Source: the human T2T-CHM13v2.0 reference genome, Homo sapiens
NCBI RefSeq assembly: GCF_009914755.1
Contig: NC_060941.1
DNA: 64,000 bases
Strand: one strand, 5' to 3'
Made by a program: the position numbers and the translations under genes. The notes under the pieces are model-generated. The model saw only the letters and a program-made list of their open reading frames with translations, was not told where the DNA came from and did no database searches. Positions 60,515-64,000 of this stretch are shown here, piece by piece. The stretch's first letter is position 1; each line of letters opens with the position of its first letter.

Positions 60515-60799
60515 TTAAGGAGACAAAAACATATCGACACCAAAAAAAAAGTCAATTTAACCAGAGGTACTCAAATACCTGACATATGGCCCGTACTATG
60601 CTACTCATGGTGGGGGCACAAAATGTGGAAAAAACAGTTTCAGTTTTCAAGAAGCTAAAAAAATCTTTTCAGAAAAATAAGCACAAAACATTAAAACAAA
60701 ATCAAATGAAATGCTATGGTATGTTGTAAAAAAGGAAAAAATATTTCTTCTTTTTCAGGAACAATTCAGTCCTAAGCCATTAGCTGTGTCCATGCTGGG

Positions 60800-63230
60800 G
60801 GCAGGGAGGGGCTGCAGTGGCCTAGAGCTGAATGTCTAAACAAGTGGGGTGCGGTGGGTGGCCTGGCATAGGGAGTCTGATCCTGAGGGTGCTAAGGAGG
60901 GCAGCTGGGTGGGGAGGTGATAGTGGTGACGGGACCTTAGTTACACACAGGAAATTGATGAAATAAATGAGTATATTAAAGAGAAGAGAGTTACAATAGG
61001 AAACAAGAGTCAACTATGGAGAGAAAGAGAGCTAGGCTGAACCCTGCAGTACTGCAAATACACTGCAGGTACTAGTGTGAACTTCTATCTATATAGATAT
61101 AAATAAATATAGATGTACATAAATATATCTATTTTCTCACCATGTCCACTGAGAGGACCAGGGAGCAGACACACTCCAAGAACCATGAGCCCAGAACCTG
61201 ACTTCTAAATATCATTCTTCACTAAAAGGAAACAGCTTTTTGGAGAAATGGCTGATACCAGGGTTGCGGCAAAGAAAGTGTAAAATGAGGCTGGAACCTC
61301 TTGTTGTGGCAGAAGGAAAGCAGAACTTAGAGAATATTGGAGACGTGTCAAAGACACAGAAGCCTGCTCCAAGGGGGCTCCCGCTGATCAATCTGGGACA
61401 ACTTGGGCATCAAAATAAAGAGAATATGGATTTAAACTGAATGAATATATAGGAAACAAGTCCACAGATATAAATAAATGAATACATTGATAGTGGGATG
61501 GGGAACAGAATATGTAAGTATACGTATGTCAATACAAATCATGAAACACCATTAATTACATGAGTAACTTTTCAGTAGAAAACCTGTTAGACACACATTA
61601 ATCAAGTGATCAAACTGGACATTATCAGTAATGGGACAACTGGTACTATGTGGTATCTGACCAGATGCACGGAGAATACAGCATCACTTTTGTGATATTC
61701 CTGCCAAAGGTACACAACCCGAATGACCTGAATGAGGAAACATCAGACAAATCCAAGCTAAGGGGCATTCTACAAAATAACTCTCCTGTAACTGTCAAAG
61801 CTGTCAAGGTTGTGGGAGTCAGTTAAAGCCTGGGAAACTGTTACAGATGAAGGAGGCTAAGGTAAACAACTAGATACAAGGTGGTATGGTTCTGAAACAG
61901 ATCCTTTTGCTCTGAAAGACATCAAGTGGCAAAACTTGGAAGACTGAACTGTAATCCAGCCTGGGCAACAGGAGTGAAACTCTGTCTCAAAAAACAAACA
62001 AATAAACAATACCCTGAAGATTATCTGAACACTGAACAGCAGCAAAATTATCAGCGTCAATTTTCTAATTTTGATGGTTGTATTGTGGTTATGCTAGAAA
62101 AGGTCCTTGTTTGTAGGAAATACACCAAAAAGTGTTTGGAGCTAATGACGCAACATGTCAGCAAATAAATACTCTCAAATTATTTAGGAAGACTTTTCAG
62201 ATTATTTAATAATACATTTTTTAAATAAAACAAACGTTAGAATTGCACTTGAAATTCCAAACTAAAGTCAAAAAAAGCTTCCATATTCTAGAATTTTCCC
62301 GCCACAACTTTCCTAGCTTTTGTTTCTTTGTGAAACTAAAGAAACTTACTGCTTATTAGACTATGAAAATCTTACCCAATACTACTTATTATGCCAAAGA
62401 GTCTCATATATATGTATGTCAGTACAAAACTTAACACTGCTAAGTTCCTAAAGCCTATGAATTCCCAGATTTAATCATTAACCTTTGTATATAATGTTAT
62501 CAAAAGAGACTCCAAAGAATGGAAAGATTTAAGCAATACTTTAAAGATTTACCTAAAACCTCTAAACCAAATCTTAAAAGTCCTAGGATATTCACTAAAA
62601 TGCAAAGTTCTTATAAATAATTTCTAAATATTTCAAGATGCTAATCCAGAGCAGTTCCTGGCATTTCCTGACCAGGCTCTTTTCACCTCCCCCTCATCCA
62701 CAGAGGGCATGCAGTATCTACTCGCACTATGCTCCTTGCCTGATCTCTAGGAAGCCTTCTCAAATCTCAAGGCTGGGACTTGCTTTTGCTCTCACAACAT
62801 GGTAAGCTTCCTTCTGGCCTGGCAGAATCGCATCTAGTAAAATACTTTACTTCTGTGTCTGTTTCCCTTCCGTGTGCACCTCAAAGGCTCGACTACATCT
62901 TACTCATCTTCGTACCCTCCAGATTTCATCTTGCCCAGTCAAATCTATCCACAGTATATCTTTTAACATTGTTATGCAGTGGTATCCTAGCTTGGATCCT
63001 GGAACAAATAAAAGACATTGATAGAAAAACAAGTGAAATCCAAATACAATCTGTAATTTAATAGTTGTGTGCCATTTAAAATTTCTTAGTCATGAAAAAT
63101 GTGTCATGGTTATACAAGATGTTAATATTAGGGGAAGCTGGGTGAAAGGTATGTAGAACCTATGCTATCTTTGCAATTTTTTGGTAAATCTAAAGTTGTT
63201 TCAAAACAAAAAGCTAAAAAACAACAAAAA
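60800..63230 (+). mobile_element. Patchwork of old L1MC-like 3' UTR and L2 fragments
   Basis: cagcatcacttttgtgatattcctgccaaa, ggtatcctagcttggatcctggaac, gatgttaatattaggggaagctgggtgaa blocks. Confidence 0.55.
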
Positions 63231-63287
63231 AGGTGCTAGTCCATAGCCAGGAAGACCTTTATACAGGGCTGAGCAGATGATAATCTA

Positions 63288-63383
<96 letters not shown>

Positions 63384-63617
63384 CTACTGGGGCAGGGATT
63401 TCAAACATAAAAATTCTAGTAAGATGCAAACATTTAACCATACAAACTTATTAAAGTAGTTTTTAATATACATACACACAGGCCATGATGTTAAATGTGC
63501 AAAATGTTTCAGGGATGAGAAAATGCTCAAAGTTTCTGTGGATGCAGTTAGGTCTGGGATCTGAACTACAAAGGCATTCATCTCCAGGGGAAAGTTCCCT
63601 AAGTCAGTTCTCTTCAT

Positions 63618-63648
<31 letters not shown>

Positions 63649-63713
63649 AGCTCAAGTACCACGATTGTTACTATGTGTGACCCTAGCTCCAGTAATGACT
63701 TTAAAACCAATTA

Positions 63714-64000
<287 letters not shown>

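Overview
Human-type (primate) genomic DNA from the 17p13.1 locus, with two minus-strand genes. (1) MYH3, embryonic skeletal myosin heavy chain. Present are the promoter (TATA/CCAAT/M-CAT at about 24.88-24.93 kb), two non-coding exons and coding exons 3-34. The coding exons total 4956 nt (codons 1-1652) in one open frame with GT-AG junctions throughout; the remaining 3' exons lie left of the window. (2) SCO1, the cytochrome c oxidase copper chaperone. Present are exons 2-6 with the CxxxC motif and His260, the stop at 48669, and a probable long (about 8.6 kb) Alu-rich 3' UTR ending near 40.02 kb; exon 1 lies right of the window. The rest is dense in Alus (about 45) plus old L1, L2, MIR, MLT1 and MER5A remnants. 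Repeat family names are from recognition by eye and their boundaries are approximate. I found no CRISPR, rRNA or tRNA and cannot support a new multi-gene system. The most interesting details are: a stop-codon NAGNAG acceptor in SCO1; a TE-derived distal poly(A) signal and inverted Alus in the SCO1 3' UTR; an ancient local duplication upstream of MYH3; nested and tailless Alu structures; a very young AluY; a stop-free in-frame MYH3 intron; and a cryptic donor in MYH3 exon 2.
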